A stretch of DNA of 64,000 nt from Octopus vulgaris (taxonomy: Eukaryota). This document shows, one piece after another, positions 11,799 to 24,500 of this stretch. The notes beneath the pieces were generated by a model. It had not been told where the DNA came from. It made no database searches and was given only the letters and a program-made list of their open reading frames with translations. The translations under genes and the position numbers were made by a program. The stretch's first letter is position 1; the number at the start of each line of letters is the position of its first letter. The stretch is from contig OX597832.1 in NCBI GenBank assembly GCA_951406725.2, positions 66,774,001 to 66,838,000 on the forward strand, given 5' to 3'.

Positions 11799-13744
11799 AT
11801 TGCGTGTTAGTTTTAGAATTTAGGATTTTATGAAAAGTGGTCACTGTTTGTTATATTTTTAGTCAACTATTTTGGTAATCGAAATGAGGCAAAATTTTGG
11901 CAGAAAATAATGAAATAATTATTAGCAAAATATTAATATTATATTATTTATGAAATTTAGATTGTTTCACCGTTGTCACAGTATTGAAATCATTAGAACA
12001 CATACCTGCCCGATTCTTATTGCTTTTGTTTGTTATTTCATTTACTTTCATTCACATAAAGGTATAATTTTCCCCATTTCGTGGTAAAAGCAATTAACCT
12101 GTTGTAGATACTCCGGCGGTCACGACGATGAGCGTTCTTCAGACTGTAATATTTCAGCATATACTACAGTATTCATACACAGTCGTGCAAGTATTTAAAG
12201 CAAATCTGACGCGGAATATCAGTGACACTTAAATGGTGATTTTTAAAAATAAATTGTGTGGTTATTGTTTAGCAGGTCTTTTACTCCGATCGAGCATATC
12301 TAAGATTAAAATGAGTTATTCTACCGTTATAGTGTCATCTATTTAATAGATTGGAAAAGCCTGGAATAGCATGCTTCCTCTATTTTTAAGATTACAGGTT
12401 ATGATTTGAGACATGTGATTGCTATTTCTTGAAACGAAAACAACCAAATCTGTTATTTTCCTATTATATAATACATACTTCCATATTTCAATTGTCCTAA
12501 ATTCCATTTCTTCTTATTTTATCAAAACCTGTATTTGGTAATTTTAGGAGTATTCTCGTATGTTCTATAACATTTTCATTCAATTATTTTATCCAGTTTG
12601 ATCTGTACATGCTAAAATTATATTGCATTACAAAGCGTATTACTGCGACACAGTATCATTACTAAAGCGAGACAATTGCCTTTTCCAAGATAACAAGCAG
12701 TTCAGATTATTCATAACATGCATCTACGCAGAATAAATTTCATGTAATTGCGTAACACGCCACTGGCGGGATGAGATACTCAATTGTATTTAATACGATA
12801 TATTGAATGTTGCTCTAAAGTGCGTTTACAGGTTAATATTGGTAATGAGCTTATGTGATTCTGTTAGGTTGAAGATGGCTTTCTCGGAAAACTTCTATTC
12901 ACATCTGTCAATACTCCAATTTGCGTTTATATTTCCGAGAAAAATAAATTAACATGTAGCTTAGTATTAAGTATGAAATGTCCCTGTAAAGATACCATCT
13001 ACAGTAAGAATGGCACTCAGTATAACTGAATATGCAACAGTTAAGGGTCTTATACCGTGGAAACAATCCGACCCCTCTTTTTGTACTTATCATGTTCTTC
13101 ACATGCACAATTGAGTGATTGAGTGGTTCGATGAACACATACGTGATTTTCAGTTCGACCACACGCTGGGCGAGAATCTTCTGCGATAGCAATATCTTGA
13201 GACGTATGGAGGTGACTTTCAATGCGAAATAGATTACAGTACTTGGTGAGAATTGCATCACAAAACATGTTTGAGCTGGTGTCTAATCAGTGATACTGTA
13301 GCCATACCCACCTATAATTTTAATTACAGATGTTGTATTGAGAAACACCACATGCTTTGTCTCAGTTACCTTTACTAAGTGATCAGTGAGATCTATGGCA
13401 TTAATTACTAGCAGTTCAAACCAACACGTAGAATTTCCTTCGCTGCCATGTTCATTTATATATTTTCACACAGATGGTAAAGGATATCAGCCAACATTTA
13501 GTACATAATTATTTAAGTATCATCCCTGCTCACTAATAACAATGAGCCATTACATAGTTCTAAGGCAAAGACTAATAAGAGGTAGAAATACTTTGGAAGT
13601 TTCCAAAGAACGGAAGTAAATTCCCACTATAGAAATGTTTTAGTCGAACTAAGATATATGAAAAGTAAACTTGAACTTCTGTAGATTTATAGACTCAGAA
13701 CAAATCGCATCGAGACAGCAGTAAATAACAGGATTTGCAATATG

Positions 13745-13797
<53 letters not shown>

Positions 13798-14711
13798 ACA
13801 TATGTATATGTTTGTATGAGAGTGTGTTTTTATATTAGTATTTTAATTAGACGCTTGACTGGAAGATTACAGGGAAGAGAAATGAGATTATGCCAAATGT
13901 GACGAGAAATAGTGGAATTGGTTTTCAATCGGAAATCGAAACGGGAGACAGACGTGGATCGTTGCATGTAGTATGTTTATCGAGAATTCTATAGCTACAC
14001 GCCAATAAAGTTTACATAGTATTGAAACAAGTTATCAGAAGTTAATTTTCCATATCGTAATTAGCATAACAAAAGTTATATTTAATGTAGCGTTCTGGCT
14101 ATGTCTATGAAACCGACATAGTGAAACATTGCATTCCATTTGGAATGATTGCTTTCACTTGGCGTTTAGAAGATACATCACATATCTTTCTCCAATATCT
14201 AGTGAATGGCCGTGCGAATCGACTATTTGATCCGAATATTTAGTCAGATAAAAATCTGATTTTTTATTCTTTTACTCTTCGGAAGCAAATTAATGTATCT
14301 AATAATTAATTAATATAGTGCAGTTAGGTATTGATGAAAAACGTATATGTTGATATTGATATCTCATATCTTTTAGGTCTTTCTGGTTTCCGTTCGTGTT
14401 TTTTCGTTTTATTTTTTTGCTAACTTTTCATTCATTTGTTTTGTTGTTATTTGTCATTATTTTCTTTGTTTTTGCGTGTTTTGTTTCATTTCTTCGTTTA
14501 TTTATGCATAATGTTATTTCGAGAGAATGCAATAAATTCTTGGTCGACATGAAATTGCTTTTGCACACTTCTAAAACTTCAATCTGATGAAAACTTATTA
14601 AATATAGACATTCACTTGGACAATGAGTTTAAAATAATTCAAAATGAATATTGAGATTAAGCCAAAATATCGTGGAAATCTTCCAATGATTAATACTATC
14701 AACGAGACTGC

Positions 14712-14713
14712 TG

Positions 14714-14768
<55 letters not shown>

Positions 14769-15000
14769 ATATAACATAATAATAACAATAAAGAAAATGA
14801 TCATAAAAAATATTAATAATGAGAGTGATGATGGTAATGATGATGATGATGAGGAGGAGGAGGAGGAGAAGGAAGCGGAGGAGGACGGTGAAGTTGATAA
14901 CGACGCCGTCGATGATGATGGCAACGATATTGGCTATTATGACAATGGTGATGATGTTACTGAGGCTGCTGCTGCTGATGATGATGCTGAAAGTAATAAT
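14712..15000. repeat. Low-complexity trinucleotide region (ACT, GAT, GAG, GCT)
   Basis: Read directly; it explains the poly-T/D/E ORF 14644-15138. Confidence 0.85.
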
Positions 15001-15414
15001 CACAACAACATTAATATCCAGAATAATACTTGTGGTACAAAGCAAATACTTTTAATTGAACGGTCTGCCGATATTAGTATAATAATACACCATGATACAC
15101 TTTATTTTATTATTTCCGTTTTCTTTTCTTTTGTCTAAATCTTGATAGGTATTCTAATTCCGACGAATTTTTCCTAATTAAAAATAACGAATATCTATTT
15201 TCATGCTGTCATATGGCTCCTGAATTAAACTGTAACTAATTTACTTCAGCGGTTGCAGGTTGCGGTAAGGGGAACAGAGTGAATACGGATACGATTGAAG
15301 AGTAATTGTTCAGTGATATATATATATATATGTATATGTGTGTGTATGTGTGTGTGAGAGAGAGAGAGAGAGGGAGAGAAGCAGTGTGTATGTGTGATAC
15401 AGATATACGCACGC

Positions 15415-15472
<58 letters not shown>

Positions 15473-16436
15473 ATTCATATATATATATGCATACATAAAT
15501 ATATATGTATATATATACATAAACATTGATGAAATTTATGCAGGACGTGTATGATATATTCAATATATATGTGAATAGCCTCGCCAGGAGCGCAAGTTTG
15601 ACTAAACTACCGATTGATGTAATAAAAAATAGGGAATAACTAATAGTGAGAATGAGGGACAAACGATATACACACGTTTACTTTCTGAAGGAAAATTGAA
15701 TTTATCGCACGAAGGTACTATGGTAGTAAATTGCGTGGGAGTTGATTGTGTCTTTGTTTATCGATTTATAAGTAATATTACCTTGTTGTTTCACCTAGAA
15801 GCTGTTGGCAGATTTTCTAGGAGACAAAACTCACCTGTTCTCACAGGAGGGTGAGGAATAAGAAGAAGAGGAGACAAATTGCGATGATGATGATGATGAT
15901 GATGATGATGAAGGAAAAGGTAATTAATATATATGACCACTTGTGAGTTGCTAAGCGTATGGTGATAATTATATGGTGGAGAGCATGTAGTTGACGGCGA
16001 GATAGATAGATAGATAGAGGGAGAGAGAGAGTGAGAGAAAGAGAGAGAGGGGGAGAGAGAGCTGTAGGTAGCTAAACTCCAAACAACTACAACAGAAATG
16101 CAGTATAACTAATTCGGTGTTATTTAACTTTGGCAGTTTATTTTTTACCTGGTTCAATAATTACAGTGTGGATGTTCCGGGGCAACTCCTTGAAAGGTTT
16201 ATTAGATCAAATCGAGCCTGTTGCTTTTTTTCTCTTTTTTTTTTCTAAATATGCTGCTTATTCTATCCACCTGTTTTGCTGTACCGATACGAAACGGAAA
16301 TATAAATAAACCTTGTCGAGCCATGGAGAGAGTAACAACACATACATAAAGACACACGCATACATAATTATACACACTCACAGACAAATATATGTGAATG
16401 AAAACATATATATACACACATATATATATATATGTA

Positions 16437-16490
<54 letters not shown>

Positions 16491-16512
16491 CATATATATA
16501 TATATATATGTA

Positions 16513-16601
<89 letters not shown>

Positions 16602-16826
16602 GAAATATTAAAATTACTAAGTCTCTATAAAAGAGATTACGGCAGCGTTACTGGAAATTAATTGTTATCGCCATATTAATATGGCATTCTTATATATATA
16701 AGAATAAACGCTGCCGCTGATTAGCTCCATGAGGCCACCGCCTTAAGATAGCTATTGATACACAATCTGTATCCATTATAACCTTCGAACAAGGGAGGTC
16801 AGCCGCTTCACACTGCCAGTCCGACA

Positions 16827-16869
16827 GCTACAGACGCGTTTCAGGGTATTTGCCCCTTGTCAATGTAGC
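16827..16869 (-). ncRNA. Type-I hammerhead ribozyme, U3-A8 variant (also at 17191-17233, 17555-17597 and 17918-17960)
   Basis: Minus strand: GCTACA-TTGACAA-GGGG caaata CCCT-GAAAC GC GT C-TGTAGC. Confidence 0.8.
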
Positions 16870-18486
16870 GTAGTGAGACCTAGCAGGTGTCGCCACTGAC
16901 GTCTCTGTTCGAAGGTTTCTATTTACCTAGTTTCAGTGGAATACATCCACTTGTTTTCAATACTAGAAATATTAAAATTACTAAGTCTCTATAAAAGAGA
17001 TTACGGCAGCGTTGCTGGAAATTAATTGTTATCGCCATATTAATATGGCATTCTTATAGATATAAGAATAAACGCTGCCTCCTATTAGCTCCATGAGGCC
17101 ACCGCCTTAAGATAGCTATTGATACACAATCTGTATCCATTATAACCTTCGAACAAGGGAGGTCAGCCGCTTCACACTGCCAGTCCGACAGCTACAGACG
17201 CGTTTCAGGGTATTTGCCCCTTGTCAATGTAGCGTAGTGATACCTAGCAGGTGTCGCCACTGACGTCTCTGTTCGAAGGTTTCTATTTACCTAGTTTCAG
17301 TGGAATACATCCACTTGTTTTCAATACTAGAAATATTAAAATTACTAAGTCTCTATAAAAGAGATTACGGCAGCGTTACTGGAAATTAATTGTTATCGCC
17401 ATATTAATATGGCATTCTTATAGATATAAGAATAAACGCTGCCTCCTATTAGCTCCATGAGGCCACCGCCTTAAGATAGCTATTGATACACAATCTGTAT
17501 CCATTATAACCTTCGAACAAGGGAGGTCAGCCGCTTCACACTGCCAGTCCGACAGCTACAGACGCGTTTCAGGGTATTTGCCCCTTGTCAATGTAGCGTA
17601 GTGAGACCTAGCAGGTGTCGCCACTGACGTCTCTGTTCGAAGGTTTCTATTTACCTAGTTTCAGTGGAATACATCCACTTGTTTTCAATACTAGAAATAT
17701 TAAAATTACTAAGTCTCTATAAAAGAGATTACGGCAGCGTTACTGGAAATTAATTGTTATCGCCATATTAATATGGCATTCTTATAGATATAAGAATAAA
17801 CGCTGCTCCTATTAGCTCCATGAGGCCACCGCCTTAAGATAGCTATTGATACACAATCTGTATCCATTATAACCTTCGAACAAGGGAGGTCAGCCGCTTC
17901 ACACTGCCAGTCCGACAGCTACAGACGCGTTTCAGGGTATTTGCCCCTTGTCAATGTAGCGTAGTGAGACCTAGCAGGTGTCGCCACTGACGTCTCTGTT
18001 CGAAGGTTTCTATTTACCTAGTTTCAGTGGAATACATCCACTTGTTTTCAATACTAGAAATATTAAAATTACTAAGTCTCTATAAAAGAGATTACGGCAG
18101 CGTTACTGGAAATTAATTGTTATCGCCATATTAATATGGCATTCTTATAGATATAAGAATAAACGCTGCCTCTGATTAGCTCCATGAGGCCACCGCCTTA
18201 AGATAGCTATTGATACACAATCTGTATCCATTATAACCTTCGAACAAGGGAGGTCAGCCGCTTCACACTGCCAGTCCGACAGCTACAGACGCCGTTTCAT
18301 AAGAATGCCATATTAATATGGCGATAACAATTAATTTCCAGTAACGCTGCCGTAATCTCTTTTATAGAGACTTAGTAATTTTAATATTTCTAGTATTGAA
18401 AACAAGTGGATGTATTCCACTGAAACTAGGTAAATAGAAACCTTCGAACAGAGACGTCAGTGGCGACACCTGCTAGGTCTCACTAC

Positions 18487-18529
18487 GCTACATTGACAAG
18501 GGGCAAATACCCCGAAACGCGTCTGTAGC
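18487..18529 (+). ncRNA. Type-I hammerhead ribozyme, inverted copy with perfect stem II
   Basis: GCTACA-TTGACAA-GGGG caaata CCCC-GAAAC GC GT C-TGTAGC. Cleavage is predicted after C18523. Confidence 0.82.
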
Positions 18530-18664
18530 TGTCGGACTGGCAGTGTGAAGCGGCTGACCTCCCTTGTTCGAAGGTTATAATGGATACAGATTGTGTATCA
18601 ATAGCTATCTTAAGGCGTTTATTCTTATATCTATAAGAATGCCATATTAATATGGCGATAACAA

Positions 18665-18700
<36 letters not shown>

Positions 18701-18749
18701 GAGTAGATGTGTTTGGCGGAAACTGAAAGTAACTTGTCTTTATATATAT

Positions 18750-18780
18750 ACTAGCAGTATTGCCAGGCTCGTGCGTTCTA
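18750..18780 (-). mobile_element. Helitron-like 3' terminus
   Basis: ACTAGCAGTATTGCCAGGC is the reverse-complement match to the Helitron end at 37310-37329. The extent of the element is not determined. Confidence 0.45.
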
Positions 18781-19539
18781 TGCACGTGCGAATTAAACTG
18801 AACTTGGATGAAGTTCAATCAAAATTCAATTATTTTGGCTTTAAAATCAAGTATTTCATGCTCTCTATTTTTGCGCTTATGTGTTCCATTTCTTCAATAG
18901 GAAGTACGTAGAAGCGTTTCATAAATTTTTGTTGATCAAATAATTGCATTGTTGAATTATTCTTTTAGATCAGTATTTCTCAACGAGGATTTCAGGGGAG
19001 AGTTTCAGGGAGTCGCTGGCGATGTATCGTAATGATCAAAAATCCGGCCTGCTAAAATTTGGTTAAAGTGATTCAAACTGCAGACTCAACGCAAAATGTT
19101 CACATTTAATTCAAAGCGTTAAAAATGTTATGAAAACAATTGGTATGTGTTCACAAAGTCCAAATGACTAATGCGAAAAAACCCTCTTTGCCGAATTTCT
19201 ACGATGTTTACGACGATTCGTTTTTATATCTTGATTTTTTACTTTTCATGCAGTTTACGCATGCTTGCACGCGTGTTGAACACAGTTCACGTCAAACAGC
19301 TGACTGAGTAAAGTTCACTATTCAATGCATGGGAAAGGGCCTAAACAAACACATTATTGATTTTTACACTTGCGAGATGAATTTCGGAACAGAAATAGCG
19401 TAGTTCAATTTTCATTCGCCTAAACTTCAGGTTCTACGAATTGTTGGCTAGGAGGAAATGTGCCGGGAAGTTAAACACACAGACACACACACAGATACAC
19501 AAACAGACACACAAGTTGTGTTTTATATATATAGATATA

Positions 19540-19697
19540 TTTTCTATATTCTCGCTCTGTGTTCCTTTCTGTCGAAGAGCGTAGGCTCGAAGCGTAAAAG
19601 ACTTTCTCACTTCCAAGCGTTAAACTAATACATCTATTTGTTGTTTACACACCCGTCTTCGTCTTTTGTTTTTCTTGTTTTTTGTAAATTCTCACTA
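19540..19697 (+). mobile_element. Short element with degenerate hammerhead-like motif (family also at 27653-28017 and 63208-63380)
   Basis: CTGTCGA-A-GAGC gtag GCTC-GAAGCGTAAAAGAC and the shared tail GTCTTCGTCTTTTGTTTT..GTAAA.TCTC.CTATATA. Confidence 0.6.
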
Positions 19698-19723
19698 TAT
19701 ATATGTATATATATGTATGTGTG

Positions 19724-19770
<47 letters not shown>

Positions 19771-19790
19771 ATATATATATATATGTGTGT

Positions 19791-19832
<42 letters not shown>

Positions 19833-20279
19833 GTGTGTGTATATATATATATTACTTCCGGTTTTCGTAGGCTAGAGACGTGTTGCTTTGCTCTGTGATA
19901 AAAAAAACAAAAATGTTTGCATAAATCGACGAAATAATCGGCGAAAACTGATAAAAAACGTAGAACTTCTTATCTCATAGCGGTCTACTAGGATATATTA
20001 GTTAAAAACCGTAATATATTTCGCTTCAAGCCAAATATAATACACTAAAGTTAATTACGAACGCCAGATTTCCCGTCGAAAAAAGCACGTGGTGACATCT
20101 CTTAAGTTTATTCCCAATCGACTGTAACAAGCAAAAAGAACCGTTATTTTTTTCCTTTTTTGAAAGAAAACCTCTTCGTATAGGGAGACAATTTTGGGAC
20201 TTCTACCTCTTATAAGATAAGTACCCCTTTTCTTTTGTTTAATTTCCCGTAATTCAATGTAAGGACCTATTCTCTGTTT

Positions 20280-20389
20280 ATATTCTATTAATAATCTTTC
20301 AATTTCTGTTTCAGCTCCGTTTTTGTCAATTTCTCAATACATCTCTTTAAAATTATTCAATTTTAGACAGGCAAATATTTATTTGTTGC

Positions 20390-20443
<54 letters not shown>

Positions 20444-21500
20444 CTCGACCCCTCAATCTCCCTAAATATATAGACGCGAACATTAGAAGTATGGTCGCAA
20501 TTAGTTTAGTTTAGAAGAAAACGTTTGTAGCTACGGACAGATATATATTTATAATTTGCATTCTGTTAATAATCTGTCAATTCCTGTTTCAGCTTCGTTT
20601 TTGTCATTTTCTCACTATATATCTTTATATATCAACTTTATATATCAACTTTAGGTGTATATTTATTTGTTGCTTTATATATATATATATATATTTCTTT
20701 ATTTTTACTCAGCCTCTCAATCTTCCTAAATATATAAATATATAAACCCTAGAAATATAGTCGAAATTAGTTCAGAAGAAAACTCTCATAGAACTTTCGT
20801 AGCTGCAGATAGATTTATATTTATTTGTTGCACAACCTCCTCTCTTTCATTTCTTTCTCTCTCTGTCTCTTCACTTCTCTCCTTCACTTCTCTCATAGTT
20901 GCAAATAGATAGATACTTATAATTAGCTTTGAAGAAAACTTCGTAATGGCAGATAGATATATATTTATTCGTTATATAATCACCTCCCTTAGTTTGCTTT
21001 TTCTCTCTGTCTCTTCACTTCTCTCTATCGCAGGATCTTTCTTCTCTCAGCCGCCCAATCTTCCTAAATCTATAGACTCTCACTTTCTTCTTATCTTCTC
21101 TCACCCGCACAATGTTTTGCATCACTTCTCTCTTTCATCTCTTTCTCTATCACACTATATTTCTTCTCTCAGCCTCTCAATCTTCCTAAATATATAGACT
21201 CTGTCTCACTTTCTTCTTATCTTCTCGCAGCCGCTAAATCTTTTATATAACCGCCTCTCTTTCATTTCTTTCTCTCTCTGTCTCTTCACTTCTCTCCCTC
21301 ACGCCTCTTTCTCTGTCTCTTCACTTCTCCACTTCTCTCTGTCACACCATCTTTCCTCTCTCAGCCTCTCAATCTTTCTAAATATATAGACGCGAACTTT
21401 CTCCTCTCACTCTCTCTTACTCTCTTCTCATCTCCTCTCAGCTCTCAATCTCTCTAAATACATAGACACTTTCTTTCTCTATTTCTTCTCTACCCTCTAT
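20280..21500. repeat. Degenerate pyrimidine-rich tandem repeat region, possibly Helitron-internal
   Basis: Recurrent motifs CTCAGCCTCTCAATCTTCCTAAATATATAGAC and TCTCTGTCTCTTCACTTCTCT, about 5-6 diverged copies. Confidence 0.65.
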
Positions 21501-21559
21501 CACAATATTAAATTTTAAATATAATTAGATAGATAAGTAAATAAAATATCCAAAAATGT

Positions 21560-24500
21560 CCAGAACCTGGAGGAGCATGGAATTGGCGTTGTGCCTGTGA
21601 GCCTGACAATGCGCCGACGGAGATAATCCGAACAACATAATTACAGCTGCGCTGAAGAGCAGTGGATACACATGGACGTTAGCACATGTAGATCGAAAGA
21701 AGCAGGGGTTTATACGTTGCTATGCATTCATAAGATCCCACATCGAGACGCTTGATGCCATATTTGACAACGAACAAAGTAAAGATGGCAAGATAGAGGC
21801 ACGGGTGCTGATGAAAGATGGCACCCCCATTTGGTAGACACCCAGGACAACAAAGAAGATTCAAGTGAGAAACCTGCCCGGGAAGTTAACCCAAGTGCAA
21901 GTGCCCCTACCAGCACCACAAGCCAAAACCATGAATATGAAAGAGCCAAAGAAGGAAAAACTAGAACTCAAAAAAAAAAAAAAAAGATGAAACAGCCAAG
22001 GATAGAACCAAACCTGACTATCTATATACCAAAAAGGATGGAGAGAGACAGCGCACACGAATGTGTAAATTCTATCTGAAAAGTGTCTGCTGGCATGGAG
22101 AGGAAGGTGCAGGCTGCCGTTTTGCACACCAAAGACCCTGCCACATAAACATGAAATAGGGCAGAAACCAACTGCCAAAAGGAAAAGGAATGGACCACGC
22201 ACCACTTACCCCAAAACGGAGGTACGCAGATGTAGTGCGTGCTACAAACCACCAACATGTTATTGAAAGGGCAGCTGCTGAACAAGAATCTTTTTTGTGC
22301 ATGGTACAAAAGATTGTACAGCAGCTAACCTGGCTCCATCAAACTCAAACTCGCAGATGGGACTATCCACAATACACAAGACCGCCACAGCAAATAGACC
22401 CAAGGTGGACACCACCAGCAACAGCACACACATCAGCTCGATGCTCCTACTAAATATCAGAGGACTGCTAACACTCAGTAACAGGACAAAAATCCCGTTC
22501 TTGAGAGACCTTGTTGCATGCAATCAAGCCTTATGCATAGCACTTACGGAAACACACCTGAAACCGAACATAGCAGATGCTGAAATACACATACCACAGT
22601 ATGTTGTACTACTGACCGACAGAAAAGAAAGGAATAGTGGAGGAGTTGCTATATACATCCGCGAGGACCTCACACCCCAGGTCCTTTTGTCATACTCAAA
22701 TTCGGTGTGTGACACACTAATTGTACATATAAGGCAACATTGGTGTAGTTATATGTGCTACATATCGCCCTCCAGATGTTCCAAGCCGTGTAGGCCAGTT
22801 TGAAGACTGCCTTATAAAAATAGAAGTTTTAGTCACATTAGAACAACACATATGTGTACTTCTTATGGGAGACTTCAATCTGCCCAATGTCAGATGGCCC
22901 GAGGGCCTTTCTCTCCCAGGAATGACACGACGCGAACGGGGACAGGCGAGGTCCCTCCTGAACCTCATCAACACTCTGTACATGGAGCAAATAACCTCCA
23001 ACCAACCAGGACAGTTAACATACTGGATCTCTGCTTCACAAATAATATGGCTCTCATCCATAATGTGAAAGTGACACCGACACTACTCTCGGATCACAAA
23101 ATGGTAGAGCTGACCATGTACGGGCCAAAGGAAAGCATGGACATGCAGTCTACAAGAAACTCTCAGAATCTTTCCAGCTTGAACTTCCATAAGGCAAACT
23201 GGAAACAAATTGAGAAAGAGATACTCAAACAAAACTGGCCTGAATGTCTCTCCTCGCCAGACATCGACATGAAACTTCAACAATTCATGTCTGTAATGCA
23301 AGCCATATGCTACTAATGTGTCCCAGTGAGAAAGGCCACTGTACACAAGAACAAAATCCCCAGAGGGAGAAAAATTCTAATGAGACGGCGTACAAAAGTT
23401 TCAAACCGCCTAAACAAACAAATTGAAAGCAGTGAAAAGTCACGTCTGAAAATGAAACTGTTGGAAATTGAAAAATGTCTGCAACTCTCCCACGAAAAAG
23501 AAAATGCAGACAAAGAAGCCTGGGCTATAGACAACATGAAATGTAACCCTAGAGCTACGGTGCACTGTAGGATAGGACCACTCCTTGAAAAGGATGGCAC
23601 ACTCACAGGAAATCCAATGAGGATAAGTGAAATACTAAATGAGCAATTCAAGAGTATTTTCACTCCACCCCTAGGGCATTTTCAAGTCAGCAATCCAACT
23701 GACTTCTTTACCACTACAGATAAAAAATCAGAGGCAGCGATGATTGATTACATCAATATAAATGAAGACGATGTAATAAAGGCTATAGATAAACAAACTC
23801 AGCTACTGGCCGCGATGGATTCCCATCAATCCTTCTAAAAGTATGTAAGAGAGTCCTAACAAGACCACTGCAGTTCCTCTTTCAGAGATTCTTTGCAACT
23901 GGCAAATTTCCGAGATAACTGAAGGAAGGGTAAATATGCCCTATTCATTAAGGAGGTAGCAGAGCGAAGGCCAAGAACTACAGACCTATTTCTCTGACCT
24001 CACACATCAGCAAGGTCATGGAACGAATAGTCAGAAGGAAACTAATCACCTTCCTTGAAGAAAATGACTTGCCGCCTGACACCCAACATGGTTTCCGACC
24101 AGGAAGAAGCTGCCTAACTCAGCTCCTACAACACTATGACTGGGTGCTGAAACGACTGCTCAATCACTCAAATGTGGAAGTCATATATCTCGACTTTGCA
24201 AAGGCCTTTGATAAAGTCGGTCATGGAATGATATGTCACAAACTGCGTGATCTTGGCATAGTTGGAAAATTGGGAGAATGGCTTCATGACTTTCTGAAGG
24301 ATAGAAGCCAGGTGGTAGTAGCCAATGGGGCCACTTCCATTTACACGAAAATAGTGAGCGGTGTTCCGCAAGGCACTGTTTTGGGACCCCTACTGTTCAT
24401 AATGGCCCTCTCAGACATGACCACAGCCACGCAGAGAGCCATGATCAAAAGTCATGCAGATGATACAAAAGTTTCACAAGCAATACAGAACCCTGAAGAC

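Larger units (their letters stand above)
16600..18668 (-). repeat. Tandem array of a 364-bp hammerhead-containing unit (about 4.7 direct copies plus about 1 inverted copy); candidate retrozyme
   Basis: The unit start AGAAATATTAAAATTAC occurs at 16601, 16965, 17329, 17693 and 18056. The direct array breaks at 18298, and 18299-18668 is an inverted unit with a small deletion. (TA)n lies on both flanks. Confidence 0.95.

Noticed and set aside
12908-13440. Possible host exon(s) in unique sequence on the minus strand
   Set aside because: No recognisable domain, in-frame stops upstream and no convincing splice pair. RNA-seq or blastx would be needed.
14091-14243. Possible exon RSGYVYETDIVKHCIPFGMIAFTW... 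after an AG
   Set aside because: Short, with no recognised homology. It is noted only as the donor of the 6427-6512 insertion.
14644-15138. 164-aa acidic, Thr-rich ORF
   Set aside because: Made of trinucleotide microsatellites; no domain evidence.
16600-18298. CRISPR array or simple centromeric satellite
   Set aside because: There are no unique spacers and no cas genes, and the context is eukaryotic. The short array with a ribozyme motif and an inverted end fits a retro-derived multimer better.
18750-21535. A single large Helitron spanning the CTAG end to the degenerate repeats
   Set aside because: The 5' TC terminus is ambiguous and continuity cannot be shown by eye.
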